Shown here piece by piece: positions 53,331 through 63,618 of a stretch of 64,000 nucleotides of DNA. Each line of letters starts with the position of its first letter. Positions within the stretch are counted from its first letter, which is position 1. Under the pieces are notes generated by a model. That model was not told where the DNA came from. It ran no database searches and saw only the letters and a list, made by a program, of their open reading frames with translations. Source of the DNA: an uncultured Acidobacteriota bacterium (GTDB lineage Bacteria; Acidobacteriota; Thermoanaerobaculia; UBA5066; Gp7-AA6). The translations under genes were made by a program, and so were the position numbers. The DNA is taken from positions 25,070-89,069 of the forward strand of contig CAWGKP010000016.1 of assembly GCA_963823185.1 (NCBI GenBank), read 5' to 3'.

Positions 53331-54250
53331 TCCAGACGCACCGTGGCGGCCATGCCGGGCTTCAGGTCCGGATTCGGGTCGATCGCGACCTTGACGCCGA
53401 ACACCTGGTCCATCCGCTGATCCAGCGTCTGGACGTTGCGCGGCGTGTACTCGCCCTTGGGCCGGATCTCGACGACCTTGCCGGTGTACTCGCGCTTGGG
53501 AAACGTGTCCACGCGGATCCAGGCTCTCTGCCCGAGGTGCACGAGCCCGAGGCGCGTCTCCGGGACGTAGACCCGGACCCAGATCTGGTCCGGCTCGAGG
53601 ATCGTCGTGACCGGCTGGCCGGCGGCGACGAGGTCGCCCGGGCGGAGGTCGATGGTCTGGATCACGCCGTCGGCCGGCGCGCGCACGACGAGGTCCTGGC
53701 GCTGGCGCTCCAGATAGTCGAGCTGTCCCTGCTCCCGAACGACGGCGGCGCGGGCCGACGCGATGTCCTCCGGCCGGTTGCCGCGCTGCTTCTCCTCGAG
53801 CGTCTCAAGCGCGATCCGGGCGGCCGTCGCCGCCGCGTCGTAGGCCTGCTGGCCGACGACGCCGTCCTTGAGCAGGGCCTCCTGGCGGCGCCGCTCCGCT
53901 TCGGTGTTCTGCGCGTCGGCCTTCGCGCGGGCGATGTCCTCCTGCCGCGGGCCGCGCAGGGCCTTCTGAAGGTCCGCCCGCGCCGCGTCGAGACGGCCCT
54001 GCTGGGACCGGATCTGCTGATCGAGGAAGTTGCTCTCGAACTCGACGAGGGGCTGATCCTTCTTGACGGACGACCCTTCGTCGACGCGCACCGCGGCCAC
54101 GCGCCCGCCGACGAGGGATCCGACATCGGCGTCCCGGACTTCGATCGTTCCGGAGAGAACGAGCGGCTTCGCGCGGCGCGTGTAGCGCCAGGCGAAGTAG
54201 CCGCCGCCGAGCAGGAGCACCGCGAGTCCCAGGAGCAGGGCTCGTTTCAT
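53327..54250 (-). CDS. HlyD-family membrane fusion (periplasmic adaptor) protein
   Basis: N-terminal TM, coiled-coil (QQ..LDAARADLQKAL..) and beta-barrel domains. Confidence 0.8.
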   Translation of the reverse strand: MKRALLLGLAVLLLGGGYFAWRYTRRAKPLVLSGTIEVRDADVGSLVGGRVAAVRVDEGSSVKKDQPLVEFESNFLDQQIRSQQGRLDAARADLQKALRGPRQEDIARAKADAQNTEAERRRQEALLKDGVVGQQAYDAAATAARIALETLEEKQRGNRPEDIASARAAVVREQGQLDYLERQRQDLVVRAPADGVIQTIDLRPGDLVAAGQPVTTILEPDQIWVRVYVPETRLGLVHLGQRAWIRVDTFPKREYTGKVVEIRPKGEYTPRNVQTLDQRMDQVFGVKVAIDPNPDLKPGMAATVRLE

Positions 54251-54876
54251 TTCGGCCTCCGATCGGCGGCGATCACGCCGCGCGTCCAGATCGCGAGCAG
54301 CGCCGCGACGTACCGCGAGAGCGGGATGGGCGGCGCGAGCCGCGCCACGCGGTGCATGAAGACGTAGGACTGGATCGCGCCCATGTAGGTCAGGGCGGCG
54401 GCGCGCGGGTCCTTCACGCGGACCCGGCCGGCCGCGCGGGCGCGGCGCAGGTAGTCTTCGAGGGCGGCGAGGACGCGCGCCGGAGGGGAGCTGCGGCGCC
54501 GGGGATCGAAGGGGAGGCGCACACCGCCCGACTCCTCGCCGGCTCCCGCCCGCAGGAAGCGAGCCATCGTCTCGCCCATCTTCTGCTCGATGAAGGGCTC
54601 GAGCGTCAGGGCCAGCCGGCGCAGCACCCGCACGGGGTCCTCCCGGCCCGAGACCCCCGCCAGGAAGTCGGAGGGGAGGGGTTCCTGGCCGCCGGAGGCG
54701 AGCGCCTCGCGGAAGAGCGCCTCCTTAGTCGGAGCGTGCCGGAGGAGGGCCGCCGCCGAGACGCCGAGGCGCCCCGCGATCGCGGCCAGCGTGGTTCCCT
54801 CGAAGCCCCGCTCGGCGAAGGCCTCGCGGGCCGCCTGAAGCACCTGGTCGCGGGTGACCCGGGGGCGCCGTCCCAT
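54247..54876 (-). CDS. TetR/AcrR family transcriptional regulator
   Basis: N-terminal HTH QVLQAAREAFAERGFEGTTLAAIAGRLGVSAAALLRHAPTKEAL. Confidence 0.8.
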   Translation of the reverse strand: MGRRPRVTRDQVLQAAREAFAERGFEGTTLAAIAGRLGVSAAALLRHAPTKEALFREALASGGQEPLPSDFLAGVSGREDPVRVLRRLALTLEPFIEQKMGETMARFLRAGAGEESGGVRLPFDPRRRSSPPARVLAALEDYLRRARAAGRVRVKDPRAAALTYMGAIQSYVFMHRVARLAPPIPLSRYVAALLAIWTRGVIAADRRPK

Positions 54877-54991
54877 AATAAGTGAATGTTTACTAATTAA
54901 TACTGGTCTCGTCAAGCGCCTCCGCCGGAGGCCCGCGCTGGCCGCCGGCCGGCAGGGGATCCGGCCCGCCACGGTAAGATCGGCCGCTACT

Positions 54992-55813
54992 ATGCGCGTG
55001 GACCTGCACAGCCACTCGACCGTCTCGGACGGGCTCGACTCGCCGACCGAGCTCGTGCGCCTGATGGCCTATGCGGGCGTTTCCGCGTTCGCGCTGACGG
55101 ACCACGACACGCTCCAGGGACTCCCGGAGGCGCGCCGGGAGGCGGAAACGCTCGGAATCGAGCTCGTGCCGGGAGCCGAGATCTCCGCCTTCTTCGACGG
55201 CCAGGACGACATCCACATCCTGGCGCTCTTCGTGGACGAGAACAACGACCGCCTGAACGGGCAGCTCGTGATCCGGCAGGAGAACCGGCGGCGCCGGGGC
55301 GAGCGGATGGCCCAGAAGCTCGTCGAGGCCGGCTATCCCCTCGATCTCGAGGCCATCCGGGAAGAGGTGGGGGACGGTGTCTGGGGCCGCCCGCACATCG
55401 CGCGCGCCCTCGTGCGCGCCGGCCACGCGAAGGACAACGACGACGCGTTCGACCGGTTTCTGCAGGCCGGGATGCCCTGGTACGTGGGCTCGGAAAAGTG
55501 GGAGGCGCGCGACGTCGTGCGCACGGTGCGCGCGGCCGGCGGGATCACGTCGCTCGCGCACGCCGTCTGGTACAAGGACGTGGACGCGATGGTGCGGGAG
55601 CTCGCGGTCCACGGGCTCGACGCGATCGAGGTCTTCCATCCGGACCACGGGCCCGAGCAGGAGGCGCGCTTCGGCCACCTGTCGCGCGAGCTCGGTCTCG
55701 CGGTCACGGCGGGCAGCGACTTCCACGGCACGCCCGAAGATCGCAAGCGGCCGGGAGGCGTCTCGGGGGACGGCGAGATGCTGGGAATCCTGCGGGCCCG
55801 CGCGAAGCGCTAA
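54992..55813 (+). CDS. PHP-domain (polymerase/histidinol-phosphatase-like) metal-dependent phosphoesterase
   Basis: MRVDLHSHSTVSDG...ALTDHDT... Confidence 0.75.
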   Translation: MRVDLHSHSTVSDGLDSPTELVRLMAYAGVSAFALTDHDTLQGLPEARREAETLGIELVPGAEISAFFDGQDDIHILALFVDENNDRLNGQLVIRQENRRRRGERMAQKLVEAGYPLDLEAIREEVGDGVWGRPHIARALVRAGHAKDNDDAFDRFLQAGMPWYVGSEKWEARDVVRTVRAAGGITSLAHAVWYKDVDAMVRELAVHGLDAIEVFHPDHGPEQEARFGHLSRELGLAVTAGSDFHGTPEDRKRPGGVSGDGEMLGILRARAKR

Positions 55814-55983
55814 CTCCCCTTTTCGCTCCGACACCGCTCGGACTTCATTTGTCCGTTTCCGCAGCGTCCTATTAGGACTGTGGAAAACGACGCCAAGATT
55901 TTTTTTCGCGTCGGCCCTTCGACGCGCTCTCGCGCGAACGCCTGCGGATTTCGCGCGGGACCGTTGACACGTCTTCGCGCGGG

Positions 55984-57381
55984 ATGAAAGATCCGCCCGC
56001 TTTTCCCGCAATGATCGAGGAAGTCACTCTCGAAAAGGGTTTGCCGCAGAATCTCGAAGCCGAGCGCTCGGTTCTGGGTGGGATTCTGCTCGACTCGACG
56101 GCCCTGTCGTTCGTCGTGCCGATCCTCCGCCAGGAGGACTTCTTCCCCGACACGCATCGCCGAATCTTCCGCGCGATGCTCGAGCTCTACGAGCGATCGG
56201 CGGAGATCGACACCCTCACGCTGAAGGAGGAGCTCGACCGGACGGGCGGCGTCGAGAAGTCCGGAGGCGCGGCGTACCTCGCGTCGCTCGTGGATGCGGT
56301 GCCCGACGTCGGCAACGTCGAGCACTACGCGCGGATCGTCAAGGAGAAGTCCACGCTCCGCCGGCTGATCCAGGCCGGCCAGAGGATCGTGCGGCAGGGG
56401 CTCGCCCAGGAGCAGGACGCCGAGGACTTGCTCGGCGCGGTCACGGGCGAGATCTTCGACATCGCCGAGGACGCGGTCCGCGGCGGTTTCACTCCGATCG
56501 GCCAGATCGTCAAGCACAACCTGGACGTCATCGAGGAGGCCCGGGGCCGTCAGGGGATGCTCTCGGGCCTTCCGACCGGTTTCGTGGAGCTCGACCGCAT
56601 GACCTCGGGGCTCCAGGGGACCGACCTGATCATCATCGCGGCGCGCCCGTCGGTCGGAAAGACGTCCTTCGCCCTGAACGTGGCCCAGCACGTCGCGTTC
56701 CGCGAGGGGCGCTCCGTCGGCTTCTTCTCGCTCGAAATGTCCAAGGAGCAGATCGGCTTCCGTGTCCTCTGCTCGGAGGCCGACGTGGACGCCAAGAAGG
56801 TCCGCGACGGCTTCGCCTCCCGCGAGGCCACGGTGCGCCTCGTGACGGCGCAGGCCAAGATCGCGGGCGCCAACTTCTTCCTCGACGACGGTGCCGCGCT
56901 CTCCGTTCCGGAGATGCGCGCGAAGGCGCAGCGGCTGAAGCGGGAGAAGGGGCTCGATCTCATCATCGTGGACTACATGCAGCTGATGATGGGGCACGGC
57001 CGCTTCGACAACCGGACGCAGGAGGTCTCGCAGATCTCCCGCGGGCTGAAGCTGCTCGCCAAGGAGCTGAAGGTTCCGATCGTGGCGCTGTCCCAGCTCT
57101 CGCGGCAGCCGGAGCAGCGCAAGGGCGAGTTGCGCAAGCCCCAGCTCGCCGACCTTCGCGACTCGGGCTCCATCGAGCAGGACGCCGACGTCGTGATCTT
57201 CCTCTATCGCGAGGAGCTCTACGATCGCGACACCGAACGCAAGGGCATCGCGGACGTCATCATCGCGAAACAGCGCAACGGCCCGACCGGAGACTTCCCG
57301 CTCGTCTTCCTCGCCGACCACATGACGTTCGCCAACTACGCGGGCCCGGCGCCGGTGTCCGGAGGGGACCAGCCGTTCTGA
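55984..57381 (+). CDS. dnaB: Replicative DNA helicase DnaB
   Basis: N-terminal AERSVLGGILLD; Walker A ARPSVGKTSFALN; DnaB C-terminal RecA-like domain. Confidence 0.9.
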   Translation: MKDPPAFPAMIEEVTLEKGLPQNLEAERSVLGGILLDSTALSFVVPILRQEDFFPDTHRRIFRAMLELYERSAEIDTLTLKEELDRTGGVEKSGGAAYLASLVDAVPDVGNVEHYARIVKEKSTLRRLIQAGQRIVRQGLAQEQDAEDLLGAVTGEIFDIAEDAVRGGFTPIGQIVKHNLDVIEEARGRQGMLSGLPTGFVELDRMTSGLQGTDLIIIAARPSVGKTSFALNVAQHVAFREGRSVGFFSLEMSKEQIGFRVLCSEADVDAKKVRDGFASREATVRLVTAQAKIAGANFFLDDGAALSVPEMRAKAQRLKREKGLDLIIVDYMQLMMGHGRFDNRTQEVSQISRGLKLLAKELKVPIVALSQLSRQPEQRKGELRKPQLADLRDSGSIEQDADVVIFLYREELYDRDTERKGIADVIIAKQRNGPTGDFPLVFLADHMTFANYAGPAPVSGGDQPF

Positions 57382-57434
57382 GCAGGCTGCTGACCGGTTG
57401 ACAGGTTCCAGAGGACGGGAAAGAGTCGGCGCCG

Positions 57435-58568
57435 ATGAGAGAGCCATCGCTTCGTCCGACGCGCGCCGTGGTGGACCTCGACGCCGTGGCGGGCAACGCC
57501 CGTCTTCTCCGCGCGCGCGCCGGCGGCCGGCCTCTCTGGGCCGCCGTGAAGGCCAACGCATACGGACACGGCGCCGTGCCCGTGGCGCGACGGCTCGAGC
57601 GGGAGGGCGTCGCGGGGCTCGCCGTCGCGACGATCGAGGAGGGGCTCGAGCTCCGGCAGGGCGGCGTGGCGGCGCCGGTGCTCGTCCTCGGCGGCGCCCG
57701 GCCGGAGGACGCGCATCTCTGCCAGGGGTATGGCCTGACGCCCGTGGTTCACGATCTGGCGCAGGCCCATGGCCTGGCCGAAGCGGCGGCGTCGTTCCTC
57801 CGGCCGCTGCCCGTTCAGGTCGAGCTCGACACGGGGATGGGTCGTCTCGGCGTGCGTCCCGAGCACGTCGGCGAGCTGGCGGGGATCCTGCAGAAGTCCC
57901 GGGGACTCATGCTGACCGGGACCTTCACGCAGCTCGCGTCCGGCGAGAGCCCGGCGGCCGAGCCCACGCGCGGCCAGCTCGAGACCTTTCGCTCCGGCCT
58001 CGCCGCGCTGCGGCAGGCGGGCCTCGATCCCGGGACCGTCCATGCCGCCAACTCCGGCGGAGTTCTGGCGCATCCCGAGACGCTGTGCGACGCCGTGCGC
58101 CCGGGCGTGTCGCTCTACGGGATTCTCCCGTCGGAGTCGTTGCCCGATCCGGGCCTCGTCCCCGCGATGGAGATCGAGACGCGCGTGCTCGCGGTGCGCG
58201 ACGTCCCGGCGGGCACTCCGCTCGGCTACGGCGGCAAGTTCGTCACGCGCCGCCCCTCGCGAATCGCGACGCTGCCCATCGGCTATCATGACGGCCTTCG
58301 CCGGTCTTTTTCGGGAAAGATCTCGGTTCTGCTCGGCGGCGGCCGGGCGCCCGTAGTCGGGGTGGTGAGCATGGACCTGACGCTCGTCGACGCGACCGAC
58401 GCGGGCGCCGCGCCCGGCGAGCGGGCCGTTCTGCTCGGCCGCCTCGGATCCGAATCCGTCACGGCCTGGGATCTCGCGCGCGCCGACGGCACGATCCCCT
58501 ACGAGATCCTGTGCGGCATCGGCTCCCGCGTGCCGCGCGTGTACGGCCCGCACGGCGGCGCGGACTGA
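57435..58568 (+). CDS. alr: Alanine racemase
   Basis: PLP-Lys motif AVKANAYGHG; C-terminal beta domain. Confidence 0.85.
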   Translation: MREPSLRPTRAVVDLDAVAGNARLLRARAGGRPLWAAVKANAYGHGAVPVARRLEREGVAGLAVATIEEGLELRQGGVAAPVLVLGGARPEDAHLCQGYGLTPVVHDLAQAHGLAEAAASFLRPLPVQVELDTGMGRLGVRPEHVGELAGILQKSRGLMLTGTFTQLASGESPAAEPTRGQLETFRSGLAALRQAGLDPGTVHAANSGGVLAHPETLCDAVRPGVSLYGILPSESLPDPGLVPAMEIETRVLAVRDVPAGTPLGYGGKFVTRRPSRIATLPIGYHDGLRRSFSGKISVLLGGGRAPVVGVVSMDLTLVDATDAGAAPGERAVLLGRLGSESVTAWDLARADGTIPYEILCGIGSRVPRVYGPHGGAD

Positions 58569-59339
58569 ATGCGTTTCCTCGAGGGCCTCGGCCGGGTCGT
58601 CCTGCGGCTGCTCGAGCAGATCGGGCGTTTCTTCCAGATGCTGGGGCGCACGGCCGTCTGGGCCCTGCGGCCGCCCTACGACGTGCCCGAGTGGCTGCGA
58701 CAGATGGTCCGCGTGGGCTGGGACTCGATTCCCGTGGTCTTCCTCACGGCCCTCTTCACCGGCATGGTCATGGCCCTCCAGACGTACAACGGCTTCGCGC
58801 GCTTTCACGCGGAGGGATGGGTGGGCAGCGTGGTGGCGCTCTCACTGACCCGGGAGCTCGCGCCGGTGCTGACTGCGCTCATGGTGACCGGCCGCGTCGG
58901 GAGCGCCATGGCGGCGGAGCTCGGCACGATGCGGGTCACCGAGCAGATCGACGCGCTCACTTCGCTCGCCACCGAGCCCGTCCAGTACCTGATCGTCCCG
59001 CGCGTTCTTGCCTCGATCGCGATGATGCCGCTGCTCGTCCTGATGGCCGACGCGATCGGGATGTACGGGGGATACCTCGTGGCGGTGCAGCTTCTGGGCG
59101 CCAACCCGGTGACGTACGTCGACAACTCGTTCAAGTACCTGACCGTCTCCGACGACGTCCTCTCCGGCCTCATCAAGGCCGCGGTCTTCGGTTTGCTCTT
59201 CAGCCTGATCGCCTGCGTCCGCGGCTACGACACGCGCGGGGGCGCGGAAGGCGTCGGGCGGGCCACGACGGCGGCCGTCGTCTCGGGAAGCCTCGCCATT
59301 CTGCTGAGCGACTTCTTCCTGACGAAGCTGCTCTTCTGA
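58569..59339 (+). CDS. mlaE: MlaE-family ABC transporter permease
   Basis: Typical MlaE/Ttg2B sequence (TEQIDALTSLATEPVQYLIVPRVLA). Confidence 0.85.
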   Translation: MRFLEGLGRVVLRLLEQIGRFFQMLGRTAVWALRPPYDVPEWLRQMVRVGWDSIPVVFLTALFTGMVMALQTYNGFARFHAEGWVGSVVALSLTRELAPVLTALMVTGRVGSAMAAELGTMRVTEQIDALTSLATEPVQYLIVPRVLASIAMMPLLVLMADAIGMYGGYLVAVQLLGANPVTYVDNSFKYLTVSDDVLSGLIKAAVFGLLFSLIACVRGYDTRGGAEGVGRATTAAVVSGSLAILLSDFFLTKLLF

Positions 59340-60145
59340 TGGCCACCGACGTCTCCACCCGCAAGCTCGTGGCGGAGGACTTGCACAAGTCCTTCGGGGA
59401 GAAAGTCGTGCTCGACGGCATCAGTTTCTCCGTGGATCCGGGCGAATCGCTCGCAATCGTCGGCCCTTCGGGGACGGGCAAGAGCGTGCTGCTCAAGCAC
59501 CTCATCGGCCTCATCCGGCCCGATTCCGGCCGGGTCCTCGTGGATGGCGACGACATCTGGGCGCTGTCGGGCCTCGAGCGCAACCGCATGCGGCGGAAGT
59601 TCGGGATGTCCTTTCAGGAGGGCGCGCTCTTCGACTCGATGACCGTCTTCGGGAACGTCGCGTTTCCGCTGCGGCGGTTCGGCAGGCCGGGGAAAGCCAT
59701 CCGCGACCGTGTCCGGGAGTGCCTGGACATCGTCAAGCTTCAGGGAGTGGACGACAAGTACCCGGCGGAGCTTTCGGGCGGCATGCGGCGCCGCGTCGGT
59801 TTCGCGCGCGCGATCGCGCACGAGCCCGAGATCCTGCTCTTCGACGAGCCCAACACGGGACTCGACCCGATCATGACCGATATCATCGACGAGGTGATTC
59901 TCGAGATGCGGGAGAGGACTCAGGCCGCCATCGTGACGATCACACACCACATGCCGAGCGCCGAGAAGATCGCCGATCGGATCGCTCTGCTCTTCGCGGG
60001 CCGGCTCCTGTTCGAAGCGCCCCCGCGCGAGTTCCTGCATTCGCAGGATCCCGCCGTGCGGCAGTTCGTGGAGGGCCGGGCGCACGGACCGTTGACGGAT
60101 CAGCTGCCGGAGACCGGCCGGCGGGGGCTAACGGAGGAATCATGA
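59339..60145 (+). CDS. mlaF: MlaF-family ABC transporter ATP-binding protein
   Basis: Walker A GPSGTGKSVLLK, signature LSGGMRRRV, Walker B LLFDEP. Confidence 0.85.
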   Translation: MATDVSTRKLVAEDLHKSFGEKVVLDGISFSVDPGESLAIVGPSGTGKSVLLKHLIGLIRPDSGRVLVDGDDIWALSGLERNRMRRKFGMSFQEGALFDSMTVFGNVAFPLRRFGRPGKAIRDRVRECLDIVKLQGVDDKYPAELSGGMRRRVGFARAIAHEPEILLFDEPNTGLDPIMTDIIDEVILEMRERTQAAIVTITHHMPSAEKIADRIALLFAGRLLFEAPPREFLHSQDPAVRQFVEGRAHGPLTDQLPETGRRGLTEES

Positions 60146-61626
60146 ACACGGCGGCGAAGGTCGGCGCCTTCTTCCTCGCGGTGCTCGTCATCGCGGGGCT
60201 GCTCATCTGGAAGATCGAGGACATCCGCATCGGCCGCGGCAAGGCGCAAACGGTCACGGCGGAGTTCCGGGACGTGGCGGGGCTCGACGAGAAATCGACC
60301 GTCCGCGTGGCGGGCGTGCGCGTCGGCAAGGTGGGGAAGATCCGCGTGGATCCCCGGACGGGGAAGGCGCTCGTCGACCTGGAGATCGATCCGGGCGTCG
60401 AGATCCGGCAGGGCTCGGTCCCGCAGATCGCCAACCTGGGGCTCCTCGGCGAGAAGTACGTCGAGCTCTACCCCGGGCCCGCCGGAGGGCCGCCGCTGCC
60501 GGCAGGCTCGGTTCTCAAGGGCGACACGCCGGTCTCCTTCGACGAGATTACGAAGCTCGCGCGGGACATCGAGGTCCAGATCAAGGAGATCTCGACCAAC
60601 CTGAACTCGTCGCTCGGCGGCCCCGCCGGCGAGGAGCGCCTGCGCACGATCGTCGACAACGTGAAGATCATCACCGACGACCTGCGCGTGATGGTGTCGG
60701 CCAACCGCGGCAACGTGGACTCGACCATCGCGAATTTCAAGGAGTTCTCCGCGATGATGACGAAGCTCGTGGACCGCGTCGACCGGCTCGTGGCGGCCAA
60801 CAGCGCGAACGTCACCCAGGGCATCGCCAACATCCAGGACATCTCGAAGAAGCTCGAGACGACCGCCGACAACCTGAACCAGATCACCGGCCGGATTCAG
60901 TCCGGGCAGGGAACCATCGGGAAGCTCGTCGAGAGCGAAGAGACGCACAAGAACCTGAACGACGCGCTCGTCGCGGTCAAGGAAGGCGTCTCGGGCATCG
61001 ACAAGGCGCTCGGCCAGGTGCGGCGCACGCATTTCGACTTCGGGATGCGGGGCGAGTACCTGTTTCGCGGGCAGGCCAACCCGCAGAGCTTCGGCGCGGC
61101 GCAGGGCGGGGGGAAGGGATACTTCACCCTCGACATCGAGCCGCCGGACTCGCCGCGCTTCTACCGCCTCGAGCTCTCGACACAGCCGAACGGCCGCCGG
61201 GTGGACGAGTCGAACATCTACCAGATCACCTTCCCCGACGGACATACGGAGGTCTTCACGGTCAACCGCACCGAGTTCCGGGACCAGCTCGCGATCTCGG
61301 CGCTGGTCGGCTGGCGCTGGAACGGCCTCACCCTGCGCGGCGGCCTGATCGAGTCGCGCGGCGGCGGCGGCATCGACTACGCCACGCTCCGCAACCGGCT
61401 GCGCTTCTCGGCCGACATGTGGGATTTCAACCGGCCGAACGACTTCGCCCCGCACGCGAAGGTCACGACGCGGTACTACTTCTCGCCGTCGGTGTACCTG
61501 ACCGGCGGGTGGGACGATTTCCTGAACCGGAGCCGGAAGACCGACTCGATCTTCATGGGCGCCGGCATCCGCTGGACCGACGACGACATCAAGTACCTTC
61601 TGGGCTCGGTACCGATCCGCCCGTGA
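60142..61626 (+). CDS. mlaD: MlaD/MCE-domain protein with a long C-terminal extension
   Basis: N-terminal TM then MCE domain (VTAEFRDVAGLDEKSTVRVAGVRVGKV), then coiled-coil and a ~200-aa C-terminal domain. Confidence 0.75.
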   Translation: MNTAAKVGAFFLAVLVIAGLLIWKIEDIRIGRGKAQTVTAEFRDVAGLDEKSTVRVAGVRVGKVGKIRVDPRTGKALVDLEIDPGVEIRQGSVPQIANLGLLGEKYVELYPGPAGGPPLPAGSVLKGDTPVSFDEITKLARDIEVQIKEISTNLNSSLGGPAGEERLRTIVDNVKIITDDLRVMVSANRGNVDSTIANFKEFSAMMTKLVDRVDRLVAANSANVTQGIANIQDISKKLETTADNLNQITGRIQSGQGTIGKLVESEETHKNLNDALVAVKEGVSGIDKALGQVRRTHFDFGMRGEYLFRGQANPQSFGAAQGGGKGYFTLDIEPPDSPRFYRLELSTQPNGRRVDESNIYQITFPDGHTEVFTVNRTEFRDQLAISALVGWRWNGLTLRGGLIESRGGGGIDYATLRNRLRFSADMWDFNRPNDFAPHAKVTTRYYFSPSVYLTGGWDDFLNRSRKTDSIFMGAGIRWTDDDIKYLLGSVPIRP

Positions 61627-61639
61627 CAATCTGGAGACG

Positions 61640-63001
61640 ATGAAGGCCCGCGTCTCGACCGTCTTCGCCTGCCAGGGCTGCGGCGCCGTCTCGTCGAAAT
61701 GGCTGGGCCGCTGCCCGGACTGCGGCGAGTGGAACTCCTACATCGAGGAGGCGCGCGGCGGCGCGGCCGGCCCGGCGCGCGCGGAGAGTCTCGCGGTGGC
61801 GATCGGCGAGGCGCCCGCGGAGACGGGGGAGCGGATCTCGACGACGCTTCCGGGCCTCGATCGGGTCCTCGGAGGAGGGCTCGTCCCGGGCTCGGTCGTG
61901 CTCCTCGGCGGCGAGCCCGGCATCGGCAAGTCGACGCTGCTCCTTCAAGCGGGCCGCGGCGTCGCCGGCGCGGGGGACGTGCTCTATGCGACGGGGGAGG
62001 AGTCCGCCGGCCAGGTGCGCCTGCGCGCCGAGCGGCTGGGGATCTCCGAGGAACGCCTGCTCGTCGTCGCGGAGACCGACGCGTCGCGGATCGTGGCCCT
62101 CGCGGAAAAGAAGCCGCCGAAGCTCCTCGTCGTCGATTCGATTCAGGCGATTCGGGACGAGGCGCTCTCCTCCGCCGCGGGAACCGTGTCCCAGGTGCGG
62201 GAGTCCGCGCTGCGGCTCCAGCGGCTCGCGAAGAGTTCGGACGTGCCGGTCATCCTCATCGGCCACGTCACCAAAGACGGCAGCCTCGCCGGCCCCAAGT
62301 CGCTCGAGCATCTGGTCGACGCCGTCGTGTCGATCGAGGGAGAGCGCGGCTCGCTCCGGAGAATCCTGCGAGCGACCAAGAACCGGTTCGGTCCGGTGGA
62401 CGAGCTGGCCCTGTACGAGATGACGGGAGCGGGTCTCGTCGAGATCGCCAACGCGTCGGCGGCGATGCTCTCGGAGCGCCGCGGCGGCCGGCCGGGAAGC
62501 GCCGTCGCCGCGACGCGCGAGGGCACGCGGTCGCTGCTCGTCGAGATCCAGGCGCTCGTCGGCCCGGCGGTGGCGGGATCGCCGCGCCGCGTCGCCCTGG
62601 GGCTCGACGGCGCGCGGCTCGCGCTTCTCCTCGCGGTGCTCGAGGTCGAGGGCTTGCGTCTCTCCACGCGCGAGGTCTTCGTTTCGTGCACGGGCGGACT
62701 CGTCGTCGACGAGCCGGCGGCGGATCTGGCCATCGTTGCGGCGCTCGCATCTTCGGCGAGCGGCCGGCCGCTGCCCGTGGGCGCTGTCTACTTCGGCGAG
62801 GTGGGCCTTCTGGGCGAGATCCGGGGCGTCTCGGCCGCGGCCGCACGGCTCAAGGAGGCCTGCGCGATGGGTTTCGGCGAGGCGTACCTGCCGTCGGGTA
62901 ATGCCGGAGACGCCGCGGCGTTTACCGAAGTGGCGGCGAAGCCGGTGGACCGCGTGGCGGAGTTCCTTCGCCTGATCGGTCCGGCTCCCCGAGTTCGATA
63001 G
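61640..63001 (+). CDS. radA: DNA repair protein RadA/Sms
   Basis: C4 zinc finger CQGCGAVSSKWLGRCPDCGEW; Walker A GEPGIGKSTLLLQ; KNRFG motif; Lon-like C-terminal domain. Confidence 0.9.
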   Translation: MKARVSTVFACQGCGAVSSKWLGRCPDCGEWNSYIEEARGGAAGPARAESLAVAIGEAPAETGERISTTLPGLDRVLGGGLVPGSVVLLGGEPGIGKSTLLLQAGRGVAGAGDVLYATGEESAGQVRLRAERLGISEERLLVVAETDASRIVALAEKKPPKLLVVDSIQAIRDEALSSAAGTVSQVRESALRLQRLAKSSDVPVILIGHVTKDGSLAGPKSLEHLVDAVVSIEGERGSLRRILRATKNRFGPVDELALYEMTGAGLVEIANASAAMLSERRGGRPGSAVAATREGTRSLLVEIQALVGPAVAGSPRRVALGLDGARLALLLAVLEVEGLRLSTREVFVSCTGGLVVDEPAADLAIVAALASSASGRPLPVGAVYFGEVGLLGEIRGVSAAAARLKEACAMGFGEAYLPSGNAGDAAAFTEVAAKPVDRVAEFLRLIGPAPRVR

Positions 63002-63051
63002 AATCGCCCTTTTCCGCCGCCTCCGCGGCGGACGCCTTAAGGAGGTGGTTG

Positions 63052-63600
63052 ATGAGATCTCGACTCGGACTCATCCTGGTGATCGTGGGTGTCGCGACCC
63101 TGGCGGCGTGCTCGAGCATCACGACGTCGGCGGATTACGACAAGGCGGCCAACTTCTCTCAATACAAGACGTACGCGTGGAAGGACACCGACCAGAAGCA
63201 GAACGAGCTCGTCGAGAACCGGATCAAGGCGGCGGTCGACTCGCAGCTCCAGGCCAAGGGACTGCACAAAGTGGACTCGAACCCCGATCTCTGGGTGGTC
63301 GAGCACATTCGCCTCTCCGAGCAGACGCAGGTCAACACCTACGACTCGGGCTGGGGCTACGGTTGGGGGGGCTGGCACGGCGGCTACTACGGGGGCGGCG
63401 GCGGGGGCATGTCGACCACGACCGTCCAGAAGATCCCCGTGGGCAACCTCATCATCGACCTCGTGGACGCCAAGGAGAGTCAGTTGAAGTGGCGCGGCAC
63501 GGCTTCGAAGACGCTCGACCCGAGTACGAGCGTCGACAAGAAGACCGAGAACGTCAACGAGGCGGTCGCGAAGATGTTCGCGAAGTACCCGCCGAAGTAG
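63052..63600 (+). CDS. Lipoprotein (signal LILVIVGVATLAAC) with an internal Gly/Trp/Tyr-rich stretch
   Basis: Lipobox LAAC; GWGYGWGGWHGGYYGGGGGG low-complexity insert. Confidence 0.5.
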   Translation: MRSRLGLILVIVGVATLAACSSITTSADYDKAANFSQYKTYAWKDTDQKQNELVENRIKAAVDSQLQAKGLHKVDSNPDLWVVEHIRLSEQTQVNTYDSGWGYGWGGWHGGYYGGGGGGMSTTTVQKIPVGNLIIDLVDAKESQLKWRGTASKTLDPSTSVDKKTENVNEAVAKMFAKYPPK

Positions 63601-63618
63601 CGGCGTCGGCTTCCGGCG

